Of a DNA stretch of 64,000 bases, positions 38,770-51,565 are shown piece after piece (the first letter of the stretch is position 1; every line of letters starts with the position of its first letter). The stretch lies in NCBI GenBank assembly GCA_001949185.1, contig BDGG01000004.1:4435777-4499776 (forward strand). The letters are read 5' to 3'. The translations under genes and the position numbers were made by a program. The notes beneath the pieces were generated by a model. It made no database searches. It was not told where the DNA came from and saw only the letters and a list, made by a program, of their open reading frames with translations. Origin of the DNA: Ramazzottius varieornatus. Its lineage: Eukaryota > Animalia > Tardigrada.

Positions 38770-39537
38770 GATAGACTGACTTGTGATACTGATCGTGTTG
38801 AGTTGACCAATGTGTGCAGTGCCCAGAAGTCTTGTTTGCGCGGCCTTGTCACCGTCAATATAATGTTGCTTCTCCCTGACCTGACTGACACAATGACAAC
38901 CCCCTTTTGCCAAACGTCTTTCAGACCATTTTTGCTAACGACATACTTTGACCAAATGTTTTCCTATTCTTTGTTGCATCGGTGTATTGTCCAAAATGTC
39001 CGGCTTGTTTTTGCCGATGAACTAAAGAAAACAGATTTCGCAGACTCGAATCAATTGAACTCTGCATATGTAGAAACACCAGATCCTTTTCTGAAAGTAC
39101 GGCTATTTGATTAGATTTCGGCAAGTTTGAAGATTAGCCATGTTAGCGCCTTGCAGATCCGGGTTTTTTTTAGGCCGTATCGGTCGTTACCAACTCCCTA
39201 ACGATGAAAGTTTCACGTTTAGCTACGAACACGAGTAATAAGACAGACGAATGTGGGGTCATTGTTATGTGATGATGTGCTTTCGCCTGCGGAAACCAGC
39301 CTTGCGGCAACCAGAATCTTACCGATATTCAGCTCAGTGCATTTGTCAGGATGTGGTTTTACCCATCCATTGCGTGTTTCCAGCGTTTTGTCAGATGTTT
39401 CTTGAACCATATCAGTTTATCCTCTTTGTTTATTGCTCACCGTCCACTTCCGGCATTGTGTTGTGGCGGCCTGACGAGAGAGAAGCAGTTCCTTGTCTTG
39501 TGAATCTGCGAGCATCAGTGACTGAAGAACCTGCGCT

Positions 39538-41487
39538 ATGGAACAGCTGAGATCTCCTTTGACGTCCATGGTAAGCTTCCTCTTCGCGTCGCAGAGGATC
39601 GGCATCAGGCTGACCGACAGGAGCCATAAGTCGGTAATCCGTTTTTGCTTTGCAGTGTATGCGGGTCTTCCAAGCCGCCTTACAAACCAGCACAGAGAAG
39701 AATGTCGTAGTATGTCCCTTCACTATTACCGGCTGCGCCACCATGCTCTACTATGCATCGGAGGGTACTTTCTCGACAGCGCACCGTCAGCTCGAGGACT
39801 CTTTAATGTACAGCAATCTCTTCGACAAGCGCTCCGATGCCAAGCTGGTGCTACTCGCCTTTCGTCAAGCTATCAAGGTCTTCACCAAGCACCAGTTAAA
39901 GGAGGACGATCCAGCCGCCATCACCTCACCGGAATTTCGACTTACGCTGATTAATCGCATCTTTCTTCCGATAGCCACCGCGGAGGTGCTCAACCCCGAC
40001 TTTGTGGAGATTTGTGAGAAAAACTTGAAAATTGACTTTGAAATTCTTGATTCATCATTGAATGGTCGAGAGACGGAAAACGCCATTGAGCAATGGTTGG
40101 ACGATCATCAAAAAGTTCAGCAGAGGTTTGACGTTAAAATTCCCAGAGGTACGCGCAAACTAAACTGCTGCCCCAGCCGAAATCATCATGGACAATATTG
40201 CATGCAGCATACTTTCTCCCGTTTTTGCAGGCTTGATTGACTCCACATATAATGGACACCGCTTGGTTAGTACGAGTGGTGCCACTAAAGCTGTCCGTAC
40301 CACCCTTTCACCCTCAAGTTACCGCTGATTTTTGCTTAGGTGTTCGCCAATGCAGCTCATTTTCGAGCCGGTAATATATTGATACTATGGAAGCAATTCC
40401 ATTGTGTAACGCGGTCCCTTTTCGTAGGATGGGAAGTGCCTTTCGATCCGCGTGAGACTAAGATAGCCCCTTTTCGGCTAATTGGAGGGAAACTGAAAGA
40501 AGTATGGGCTGCGTTTCGATGAAGTATAATTAATTCCAAAGTCTGACTCTGTTTAGTTTTTCTCAGGTTGAATTGATGCATCTGACAGATAAATTTCCGT
40601 ATTACGAAGATCCACAGTTGGGCCTTAAAACGATGGAGCTGCCTTACTATCACAATATCTGCACCCTGATCATCACTGTGTGCAGCAAGAAAGATGGGTT
40701 CATGCAGGCGATGGAGAAACTGAGTAATGACTACTTCCTGGAGGCCCACCTCAAGAAACGGATGAAGCTCATCCGAGTGGCTCTGCCCAAGTTCCACGTC
40801 CAGAGTACTTACGAAATGACGCCTTTACTTCGACGCATAGGAATCAAGGAGGTATTGCAGGACGACTGTGTGCTGGAAAACATGTCCAAGACCACTCCGT
40901 AAGACTCTTCCGATATGTTCACTTTATTAATGCAAAACTGGCACACTGGCTTCCTTCTTCGCAGTCTGAGACGGACGGAAGGAATTCATAAGGTAAGTCA
41001 CCACCTTGCTTGCAGTCCACGGTCAAACTTCTTCCCGGGGGTTGTTTATGAAAATGTTGCACTGTTTTAGTGTGCTCTTATGTGCGATGAGGAAGGTAAG
41101 GCGGCAGTGTCTAAATTATCACGAAGAACCTGTCAGAATAAATTGAGAAAAGAAAACTGCTGATGTCGATGGTTTGCAGGGACCTACGTAAATGAAAAGT
41201 CCCATTTGGAGCTGTTGTCGGGGCAGTACCGCAAATCATGGACACCACCGGTATCCCACAGTGGAAAGTCAGACACAGGTGACAAGAAGAATCAAGAGAA
41301 AAACCGACCACCGCAAGCAGAAGAGTTTGTTGCCAACAGTCCCTGTAAGCCATACCATATCACATGTTTCCAACCTGCATTTCGAATGAACGTGCGATTA
41401 ATCAGGCCATTCTGTCTAGTTTTGGTAGCCCTGAGACACAACCTGACAGGAGTCTTTCTTTTCGCCGGCTGCATCACCGAACCCTGA
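39538..41487 (+). CDS. Serpin-family protein, divergent, probably non-inhibitory and intracellular
   Basis: Exons 39538-39570, 39656-40148, 40231-40265, 40340-40370, 40428-40501, 40567-40898, 40965-40992, 41071-41095, 41180-41344, 41420-41487. Serpin motifs: NVVVCPFTI, LVFANAAHFRAGWEVPFDPRET, MELPY, VALPKFHV, IHK...DEEGT, FVANSPFLVALRHNLTGVFLFAGCITEP*. Start codon uncertain. Confidence 0.88.
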
Positions 41488-41659
41488 AGACCCAAACTTG
41501 GCTCGTCCGGCGTCAGCAAGCACAGCTTAACCCACCGGAAATAGTCCAAGAACCCGGATGAACATCCATCGATTCCTTCTCCAGGTGAACAGAAGGATCT
41601 TCTAACCAAAAATTTATCCATGATTCCCGACTACTTTCCCACAATGTGACTTAAGACAA

Positions 41660-41762
41660 TATAGAAACCGTCATCTCAAGTGGCGCATCTTTTCATTGTT
41701 AATGGATGGATGTGTGCGCCACTTGCGAAAACGAACCAGCTCAGTTCATTTGCCCACGTTCC
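41660..41762. repeat. Palindrome copy 16 (between convergent serpin and PI3K 3' ends)
   Basis: Core 41677-41725, 25-nt spacer. Confidence 0.9.
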
Positions 41763-41911
41763 AGATATATTTTAAAGAAAGAACGAACAAGATTGCCTCA
41801 ACAGAGTTTTGGACCGGTTCGAACTTTAGCAAAAATGCACCAAAAGTATGAATACTGACACACGACCAAAAGAGGGAGGGGCAGAAAATGAGCTGTACTT
41901 GGGGGCATATA

Positions 41912-44900
41912 TCACAGATGCTTCATTCCATGGAAAAACCAGTCAACTTTGGTGGTCCATGCATCGACATAGGCTTCGGTTAGTCGTTCTTTGAAGAAGT
42001 TTAGCGCAGCTTCGTCGGGCTTGTCGACGGCTAGCGCAATCCTCAGATAGGAGACATCCTCAAAGGTCTGCAGTTCCGGAATACCGGTTGACAGCATCAT
42101 GGTGAAGAGGGTTATAATGAGGTTAGAATGCTTGCGCATAATCTCGTATGCGTTGCAGCACAACCTGACAAACTTTTGGTACTCCGCCGTCTTTTCGGGG
42201 TAGGACGATCCACGAGCAATGACGTGAATAAAGTCAGCCGTCAGGACAAACGGTACCCGCTCACGACTGATGCCAAACTTCTTCTTAAAGTGGCCTAAGA
42301 AGTGGCCAAAGTCAATGTGAAACATTTGGCCACTTTGTGTTACCATAATGTTGTCGGGATGGCGGTCGCCGATGCCCAAGATGAAGGTGGCGACGCAGTA
42401 GCCGGCGCACGAGTAGGTGAAGTTGTCGACGGCCGTGTCGTAGGAGGTGGCGGTGGGGTTACGCTGCTTCAGCCACTTGAGAATGGCCGTGCTGTCAGCC
42501 TGCATCGTACCCTTCAAGCCGCCCATCTCTTTCTGGACCTGCATGACCGTGCGGGCGTTACGCACCACTTCGATGACGCCCAAGTTCTTCCCCGTGGGCA
42601 GGCACCCATATGGAATCAACCTGCAAGCCAGAAACAGCGTTCCATACTGCAGTACTGTATCCCGTACTGCTGCTGACATACGTACCGCAAGTTTAAGTCT
42701 TCCGTCTGCCAAATATTGTCCATCAAGCCGAGAACTTGTAGCGTCAACATGTCTTGTCGTAAGTCTGTAGCCGAACGAACAACGCGTTGTATGCGGATCA
42801 TTATGTGAGATGACGGTCACTAATGGACGCACTCTAATTAACGGATATAATTACCGTCGCCATTCTTGAATATTATTTCGTGCTTCTTGAAGTAGAAATC
42901 CGACAAGGGATCAGGGTTGCTCCAGACCAGCCACAATGGTCGTTTTGCTGAAGAGAGCACTCCGCATGCCGAGGCACTGTGTAAAAAGACTCCGGTTAGC
43001 GCACTTGTTAGTACATAAGAAGCCACCTGTTGCTTACGTCCATTTATCCACTTACTCTAGTTGGCCCAGTGTGTCATCACAGTCCAGCGGTGAACAGAAG
43101 TTGGTCAAACTAGCAAAGTTCTGTTCCATCTTGAGGGTCTCGGTTACAAAGCGCTGAAAGTGATAACGAGTTGCCGACTTGATTAATTTTTCATTGATTT
43201 TCCACAAAGTGGAAGCGTACTTTGCCTTCATCACGCTGGACGACCATCTCACTGAGCTCCTTCAACTTGCCCAAGGCGATACTTTCCCGAGCCAGGGCCT
43301 GGGTGAAGGCCTTGCTGTTGCGACACAATGCTTCCAGGATGCAGCCGAAGCGCACTTGCACGTTGGGATCGTGGATTTCCGCCCTAATAGAATAAGAGAC
43401 TCTTGGCATCTCGTTGTCACAAGCACAGCTCAGTGTACTTTACCTGAGCAGCCAAAAGAGCAAATGGCCTAACCGGCGGTTCTGTACTCCACACTTTACG
43501 AGGAACGAGGCGATGGGTGACTCAATGTAAATGTCGTACTTCAAGACCTATCAACAAGCCATGTTAGACGACAGGAAGATCATCAGGACAAGCCTAACGT
43601 AACGCTGGGCTTACCTGCACTAGCTGCAGCAGATAGTACTCCAGTTCCGTTTCCGAGCAAGTGCGTTCCAGGCTCTTGATGGCGAACTTGCGCACTTCCA
43701 GATCGGGGTACTTGCAGTCAAGCAACTCAAGTGCCACCACCGGCGAGACGACAGGCCATCGTGAAAGGATGGCGTACATCTATACAAGATCGAAACATCG
43801 TATACGCAACCGATACATATATCGATCATCACGGCCAGTTACGTACCTCAGCGACTTCATCACGATTCTGCCAGCGTACCGCACTAATCAGTTTGGGTAA
43901 GCACTCTGGCGCATGGGCACCGAAATACCTGTAGAAACGCGCCATCATGCCATTAGGAAATCGGCTAACATGCGGTATTGAAGTAGTGCGATACCTGTTT
44001 TTCCACAGTAGTTCCTTTTCCTGCTCCGTCAACTCGTATAGCGGATCGCGTGTAGCCAACAACCTCATGGCGGCGACATCCTGTGACAAAAACCAGTAAA
44101 GGTTGAGTACACGGTACAGGGAAGAATTTTCGTTATAAGACAGTGAACCTTATCGGTCGGTGTGGCGGAACGAGCCTCCCGGGCTTCCGGCGTCATCCAA
44201 GCTGCTTGGAGGGCATACTCGATAATCTTGTCGTGCGGCGGATAGACCACGTTCAGCTGGTCGAAGCGTAGAGTGACGTGGCCGGCGTTCTCCTTGTTGG
44301 GGTTGGTCCCTGGCTGGCCGCAGGGGTTCAATATAGCCACAAAGTCCCGCACTGATGACCACATGGCGATGGTCAACGCCTCCGAGACGAGCTCGCCCCG
44401 CGAACTGAACATGTTGATGTTGGCCCAGGCTAGCGAGATGACATCCTAGGAATGAAAAGTACTCATTAAGACTCTGTCTTAATCATGCTGGGACGAAAAT
44501 GACGGCAAGGTATTAATCCAGCAGAGTAATTCCAAGCGAGAAGCCAACTGAAACATCGGAAAATAATTTTAGCCAGATCGTTACGTCAGGTGGCGCAGAC
44601 TTCATTGTTAATGCATGACAGCGTGCGCCACTTGGGAAAAACGCTCCGGGGGAATTAATTTGCCGATGTCCCAATTCTGTCTTTTTTCCTACGGAATTCC
44701 TGTCAAGGGTGATGCCAAGCATGGCCTTGTGAGCATATTCGTACTGCGGAAAAAGGCTCAGCCAGCCGTAAATACCTCCGCGTGAACTGGAGGCACTTAC
44801 CACGTGTTCGCGGGTGGTGGAAGAGCGCGACAAGGAAGAGGAGCGCTGTGGTGTGGAAGGTGCTGGTTGAAGATACGCCTGCTGGCCAGCCGAGTAGCTG

Positions 44901-46545
44901 CGATCCCTCCTCTTCCGAGGAACACTGGCACAGACGGCCATACACAGCTTGGCTGCCCGAGGAATGTTGCGAATGTACAGGTCGAACTCTAGCCAGTCAT
45001 TCCACCGCGGGTTAGAGGACGAAGCTGGAAGTGTCTCTACTGGCTTGCATAACAGCTCTGTGCCGTGAAAGATCCCCAGCCGCACAAAGAACTAACGTCA
45101 AAGAAAAGATATACTGTAACACCAGCAGACTTTGATAATCCACGGCATGGATAATACCTTGTCGACGGTCCGAGCGTTGAGTTTCATGACACCGGTAGGC
45201 CGAACGCGGAACTTGCGGTTGCATTCCCATATGGTGGTGCCTTTGGCAGGTGCTTGGGGAGGAGGTCGCTGGGTCAGGGTGGGGAAGGACATGGCTTCAG
45301 GGCTGAGGGAAGCATCGAGGTCCTTGCGAAGGACCAGCGTCAACTTGATGGGCCGTTTATAGGCCAGATTATGGCGGATATACTTGTACTGGATGAAGGG
45401 CTGCTCCTTCAGAAAGTACGACTCCCGCCCACAGACTTTCAGCACAAAGTCTTCGTAGTGTTCTTCGGGGAAGGAGGCTTTGTTGCCGGGCTTGGTTGGG
45501 TCCATGTATACCTCGGCTGCTAACCGTAGCACCTTAAAGACGACAGCGTTGGGCATGTCGCCATAATCGACGCGGACGCTATAAGTCGACAGCTTTTTGG
45601 TGAAGGGACTGACCAGGATAACGTCTACGTCTGTAATCACACAACTCGTAGATCACTCAGATCATCCGTCACGTGAGCCATCGGCAAATGAATTGATCAC
45701 GATCGTTATCTAAAGCGACGCACGTTTTCGTTGTTAATGGCTAGAAGTGTGCGCCACTTGGGAAAACGATTGTGTTCAACACATTTGGCGAAGTCCCACA
45801 CATGTTGAAACAAAAGGGAATGTTCAACCGACCGCCTTCCAAAGCATTGGCCATGTCCTTTTTGAAGACCTCGGCGCTTTCGAGTTGGGCCGGATGAAAA
45901 TAGGCAGCCAGCGCTCTGGAGCCGCCCAGCTTGCGGAACTGCACCAGCTGTTTGGTGATGTTCAACAAGTTGGAGCGATACTGGACGGAGTCTTGATCGG
46001 TCCAATCGTCGAACTCCGCCACGGGAACACCACATATCTCCCCTGCAAAACAACATCGCTATATAATGCTACATACAGACCCATACAGTTAGCTTGAACG
46101 GAATGACTGTCAACTAAATAGACCATAGCCTGGCCAAACATCCTTTGTATGTATTGGCCGACGTGTTTCGCTATCTACAAGTGCTCGTACCGATAACTTG
46201 GCATGTTTCTTTCTCTTCGCGATTGCCAGCCATTTCTTTCAGCTGGAAGAAGGAGAGGAACAAGCGCAGGTCGCGGACGCAACGCGACTCGTCGTAAAAC
46301 TCCTGGACATATGGGGACTCGGAGGAGACTCCCACAAAGACATATTCTCGGCTCTTTTCCAAGCGATGAAACAGAGGATACTTTTGGGCTTCCTTCCACA
46401 AGGCCAGCTTGAGGTTGGCCAAGGTGATTGAATCGTGGACGGACAGCTGGATGTAGATTCCCGTCGGGAGGAGGCATTCTACCACTCCGGGTATGATCAA
46501 ACTGCTCTGCGCTTCAAAGTGCGGTACCGGAACAGCCGGGTTCAT
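41912..46545 (-). CDS. PIK3CA: Class IA phosphoinositide 3-kinase catalytic subunit, p110alpha-like
   Basis: About 14 exons. ABD (VECLLPTG...WKEAQKYPL...GNREEK), RBD ([10 protein letters not shown]...QYKYIR), C2 ([20 protein letters not shown]), helical ([23 protein letters not shown]) and kinase ([37 protein letters not shown]...[16 protein letters not shown]) domains. Confidence 0.95.
44551..44673. repeat. Palindrome copy 17 (PI3K intron)
   Basis: Core 44587-44634, CAGGTGGCGCAG-N24-GTGCGCCACTTG. Confidence 0.88.
45676..45797. repeat. Palindrome copy 18 (PI3K intron)
   Basis: Core 45712-45760, 25-nt spacer. Confidence 0.85.
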
Positions 46546-47400
46546 CTGAATGCCTTATCCCAGCAAAAACACAGAGAAAACTATTCAATTTTCTTGGAGG
46601 ACCACGCAGAAGCAAAAAATGGTTATGGACATTCGTCAGTTTCCCACCTTCAGCGCGAACGTTAAGTATCCTACTGTTACATCCAGCTTGTAAACAGGAG
46701 CCAGCGCCCGTACTAGCATGCGATCCAGAATCCAGATTGACAGAGGCTCATCGGATACCCAGTGTCGACTGCACCACTGGGATATGATCCTGTGAACAGG
46801 AGACTGCGAGGAAAGTGCAGAAACAACTTTGGAGTTCGGAAGAAGAAAACTGGAAATTATACAGCAGTGAGTGGACAGGTACAGTACTGTAATGCTTCAT
46901 GCATGAACTTCGGGATGTACGTAAGCACACCCGCGAAACACCCCTCAGACGGTTGGTAGGGTGAGATTTTTGGACCGGGGTTCAAGTGCACGCGTATGAT
47001 AACGTAATTCGCGAAGTTCGTGAAGCATTACAGTGTGACATGAGCAAGTTGCAAGTATTACGGTGTCATACAGTATGTCATGTGTTGAAGTCAGATGCGT
47101 TGATTGGAACGGTGATTGCGATTTCCTCCAAGGCTTGGTTCCTCTTCGAAGAACCCAGAACGATCTTGGTATCGCTGTCCATTTACCCCGCTTTTGCAGT
47201 ACTTGCTGTAGAAAGTACTGCTAAGGTTTGCTCATACCGAATATGTCAGTTTACAAATTACGTATACTGTATCTGAGCAAAAGGTCCGAGCGACTATGGA
47301 AGCTGCGGTTCTCCAGGAAGGAAGTACCAGAATGCGTTTGTGCGAATTGTCTATTTAACATGTCAAATACGCTCTGCATAACCTTGAGATCCATAGGGAA

Positions 47401-49330
47401 CTATTTGCATGGTGGCTGGCAATCTAGAATATGCTTGAGTCTTTCGGAATGTCTTTGTCGATCCAGCTCGTCTGCGGGGTGTTGAGCCATTGCTTTCTCC
47501 ATAAAACTTTCTAACTGCTTCGAAATTGGGCAAGCTTTTCTCTGTTTAAAAATTTGATTTGTACAGTAATTGTGCAGGAAAGGTGGAGCGGAATGAGGAG
47601 AAGCGGAAACAAGAAGACGGCAGTCGCGCAGCTCTATGCCGAGATTCGAGAAAGATGCTCCCTGACCCAGCTCCACGACATCTTCTGGCTTTAGTGTAGC
47701 ATGTATGATGATCAATCGTCTGATCGTCCTGAAGGAATGTAGGAGAATTTTCAGGAACTGAACGAAAGTTTCTCGAAGATACGGATCTTCACTGCAGTGC
47801 GATTCCTGGTCATCCAGGCGCCGGACTGCAAGGACATGTCCGGTGAACATTGCAAAGTGACCCAGACAATTAATCAACGTCGACTTGTCAACTCCCAGGA
47901 TACCCAGAAAAGCATCCGTTGCGACGAAGAAAAGCTTCTTGCTTGTCATCCCTTCAACAAGTAGTGTGCCGGACTGATCCGCCGCTTCCTGCAAACATAG
48001 ACTTCTATATATATATCATACAGTCAAACGCAAAGCAGTAAACTTCGCCACCCAACTACTTTGATTACTTCATCAAGGATCAACGACCATTCGCGAGTTC
48101 TTCCAAATCCACCATCAACGCTTTCTGGTTTAAGTTTTTAACCTCAGAGCTATCTTCTAGCTCAAACCATCGAACACATAATGCTATTTTATTATTGGTA
48201 GATCAGTAGCGTACCTCCATCCGGTGTATTCAGCCTCCATTTAAGTGCCACGGTTTGTGCAGCTTCCGCGACCTTCACTTCGTTCCTTTGGCAGTAAGGC
48301 CATGCATCATAGAGCATTTCCTAAAACATCACCAACGATAACATTGATGGCTTGCAAGGAGGAATCGAACAGGAACATGTATATATAGGACGAAGCTCCA
48401 GCGTATATGATAAATCTACGTATATATCAGTACAGTTCGTAGACATTAACATCGGTGACCGTTGAGGCGTCTTGTCACCCTGATTAGTTCTCTTAACTCC
48501 GCCCAAGCGGTTCAGTGTAACTTCAACGACAGACATTTACTGAAGTGATCGACTGATTGCGGATATTTCCTCGTTGTTACTGAGTGCAAGTCGTCATGAA
48601 ATAAAGGGCGTATCTGATCCATATGTGTCACGGCGGGGAGCCGAAGCGCTCGTGTAGGGACGAGTCTAGCGACCAAGACCAACATCCGAAGGAGTAGACG
48701 CTGTATAGGTGGAAGTGAACAATACGGCTCTGTTTCCACCCGAATTCCGAAAACATACCGCCCAAAGACAGAGCTAAAGTTAAGGTATCCCGAGCTGGAT
48801 GTCGCCCGCAAACCGCCAAGGTCACGAAGAAAGACGCATCCTGATGCACACTATGCAGAGTTGCACGACGCTGCGAGGTGCCCATGCACACAGGGAACTT
48901 TGTTTGGACAGAAGGACGCTGGCACATGCAGTGAATAGCTTTTGATTCTAAAGTGACTCATCCAGTTTCGGGAAATGAATTTTTATGGATGAATACTGCC
49001 CTTAGTTGTGTACTACGACTACCTGTTGCACTATGGACTGTGGTTGACAGTGACAAAACGTAGTACGCGCACGACAAAAATTATGTCCAGTATAAAAAAA
49101 CAGGGCCAAGCGAAAAAGACGGTAAAATGAAAATTCAACCGTAGAAAAGTGTCGTAAAGGAAACAGTACGTTACATGCATCCGTACCGCCGTAGCGAAAA
49201 GGCTTGGTCCATGATTTTTGTTGGCCCATAATTTTTCGTCATGCGTGATACTAACTTCCTCGACAGCTTCTGTGGTCAAATTTACTGTGGTCGTGCTGAC
49301 GTGCTCTGAGGTCTTCGAGTCATCTGCCAT
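47401..49330 (-). CDS. Hypothetical multi-exon protein, family not recognised
   Basis: A 197-codon open frame (47401-47991) starts exactly at a TTTGCAG acceptor. Further acceptor/donor-bounded candidates lie near 48214-48320 (EMLYDAWPYCQ...), and a possible first exon MADDSKTSEHV... starts at 49330 and ends at a GTTAGT donor. The exon chain is not resolved. Confidence 0.35.
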
Positions 49331-49742
49331 TTTTCGTCCCGTTGCGCCATAACTTTCCGAATCACGACAGTACACCACGTGTGGACAGTGTCGACTGGTA
49401 AATTCAGATTTCAGAGAACTCTCAAGATAACGCGTCGGATACCTTTGGCTGAACTATAAAGCTCCACGCGGAACGCGCGTAGAAACATAATAGTGCTATA
49501 AAGCATAGATAATCTTAAATAAAAAATACACTAATCAGATCCAAGAATGAGAATCTCTATAGCGAGGACGGTCGACAGAACCACGCTGCTCAGTGAGCGT
49601 TAAACAAAAAAACAAGCAGCAAATCTCTGTTTTAACCGGAAAGAAAAAACTTCAGGACAAGAATGTCGTGACAAGATGCAACCAGCTCCAGCAAAAAGAG
49701 CTGTAAGTGCAGCCAGAACGAAGCTAACTTAACAGGAGAGTT

Positions 49743-51565
49743 CTACTCCTCACGGCGGGCTTTGCGGCGTCGAACGGCTTTGTCGCCGGCTTCCATTTTC
49801 GAACCGCCTTCCTCGTCGGTTCCCGTTGCACTGCCCAGCATCTCGTTGTCGGACTTTTGCTTCGCGGTGCCCGACTTTTCATCCGTAGCTTCGGCCAGGT
49901 TGTCCTCCTCATCTGTGTTGGTGGCGCTGGTAGCCGGGCTATCACCCCCACTTTGGTCCGTCTTCTTACGCAAGGCTTCTTTATCCTCCTTGCTTTCAAA
50001 CTGGAGTTTCTGCAAGATCAGACATAACCAGGTGTGAAATCTTGTTGAGAACCTTATAGCAGAGAATCGGGATTGGAAAGATACCATACCGAGGTTGGTG
50101 TGGGCCAGTGAATGGGTATTTCATTGGTGTTTTTGCGCCCTGTGATAGCTTCGATAACCACTACCAGAAGGACACCGATCACTCCACCAAGAGCTACTGT
50201 CCCAATGGCGAATATCACTGAAAGATGAAGTGATAGTTAAAGATTCGATTAGGTCGATATACTGTAGTAGTCCGAGGAAAAAGTGCACGATGATGCCGCT
50301 TACCGTAGGTGAGCCAGTTGGGCATTCCCTTATCTTCAGTCATCCAAGAGTGCACATTCTGAGAGAAAGTTTCATAAAATAAATTCAAAATACGACAGAC
50401 AAGACCTGCATCTTTGTACCGTTTACACAGTACATAAGAAAACTCGGTTCAAGTTTGTTGAACTGGTCGTTCAAACATACCTTGAGGTTCATGGATAGCT
50501 TGAAAAAGCTCCCCACCAGTCCCATCCTAATAAAAGATCGCATTATTTTTCACAAAAAGGAGAAAAACATACAAGAGCTAACAATGAGCTTACTGGATAG
50601 AGTCGGGATACAAAAGGGTTCCCACAGGATTCACTTTGAACCTGCGAATAACAGCGCTCTCGTCAGGGAAGCACAATCTTCACAGTAGACTATAGATACT
50701 CACCAATCTTCGCGAGCCAGCCACAGGGACATTCTTTCTCGATCCCGGATATAGTTGTAATATCTGACCACTCCATCTTTGATACTGCAAACAGAAACTG
50801 CAATAACCGAACGGCGGGATATCAAGATAAGTCCAGCACTTCCGGTAGACTTGGAGATTTGACAGCTCGAATAAGCGAGATACAACTTACTGGTAAACAG
50901 TTGGTAAAGCAGTGATGAGGAACCTTCCACTTAATCCTGTAAAGCACATTAGGCAAATTACACAGGGCATTCCTCACCTGAACAAAGTATCGATTAGTCT
51001 AAAGAAAATCGATAACAATCATATACAGCAAAGCAATCAAACATGCTAGCACGTAAGAGTACCGTCGTTTCCACGAACTAAACCCTTCGTACTTCTGACC
51101 AGACTTCAGAAAGAAACGACCACGGATCTCGCTTAAGATTTTGTACGAAGAGGCTGAAGAGCACCCAGGCTCAAACTGATAGCGCATTGGTGGAGTAGGA
51201 TGACGATTCTTACCTGGCTGCTCGTGAACGTCGACGCTAGCAAACTTTACGTGAGGACTCTGATTCCATTCGGCCAACCGCTGGAATTCCGGAGCAAAGT
51301 CCTTGCATGCGGGACACCACGGTGCGATACTGAAAGAGCGAACAGAGGATCAAGTGGCGAAGCATTTAGGCGCTGATCACAATCGCACTTACAACTCGAC
51401 CATCCATTCTCCTTTGGGATCCATCACAGCCGTCCAGTTTGATTCATCCAGAGGATGGACTATGGCGTTGGGCTTGTCTTTCTTGTTTGTAGCCGCTGAG
51501 CAACTAAGGCAAGACATCGCAAGGATAATGGCTGCCAAAAGGCATGATGGCCACATTACGCGCAT
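49743..51565 (-). CDS. TMX1: Thioredoxin-related transmembrane protein 1 (ER oxidoreductase)
   Basis: Spliced translation gives a signal peptide (MRVMWPSCLLAAIILAMSCLSCSA), EWMVEFIAPWCPAC active site, DVHEQPGLSGRFLITALPTVYHIKDG, GMPNWLTY, a TM helix and an acidic tail ending VRRRKARREE*. Exons ~51393-51565, 51214-51329, 50891-50937, 50704-50785, 50593-50641, 50481-50526, 50304-50358, 50090-50217, 49743-50009. Confidence 0.93.

Noticed and set aside
51060-51155. Possible alternative TMX1 exon (…EIRGRFFLK… echoing LSGRFLI)
   Set aside because: The similarity is too short and the splice sites are weak. The canonical exon at 50891-50937 completes the domain.
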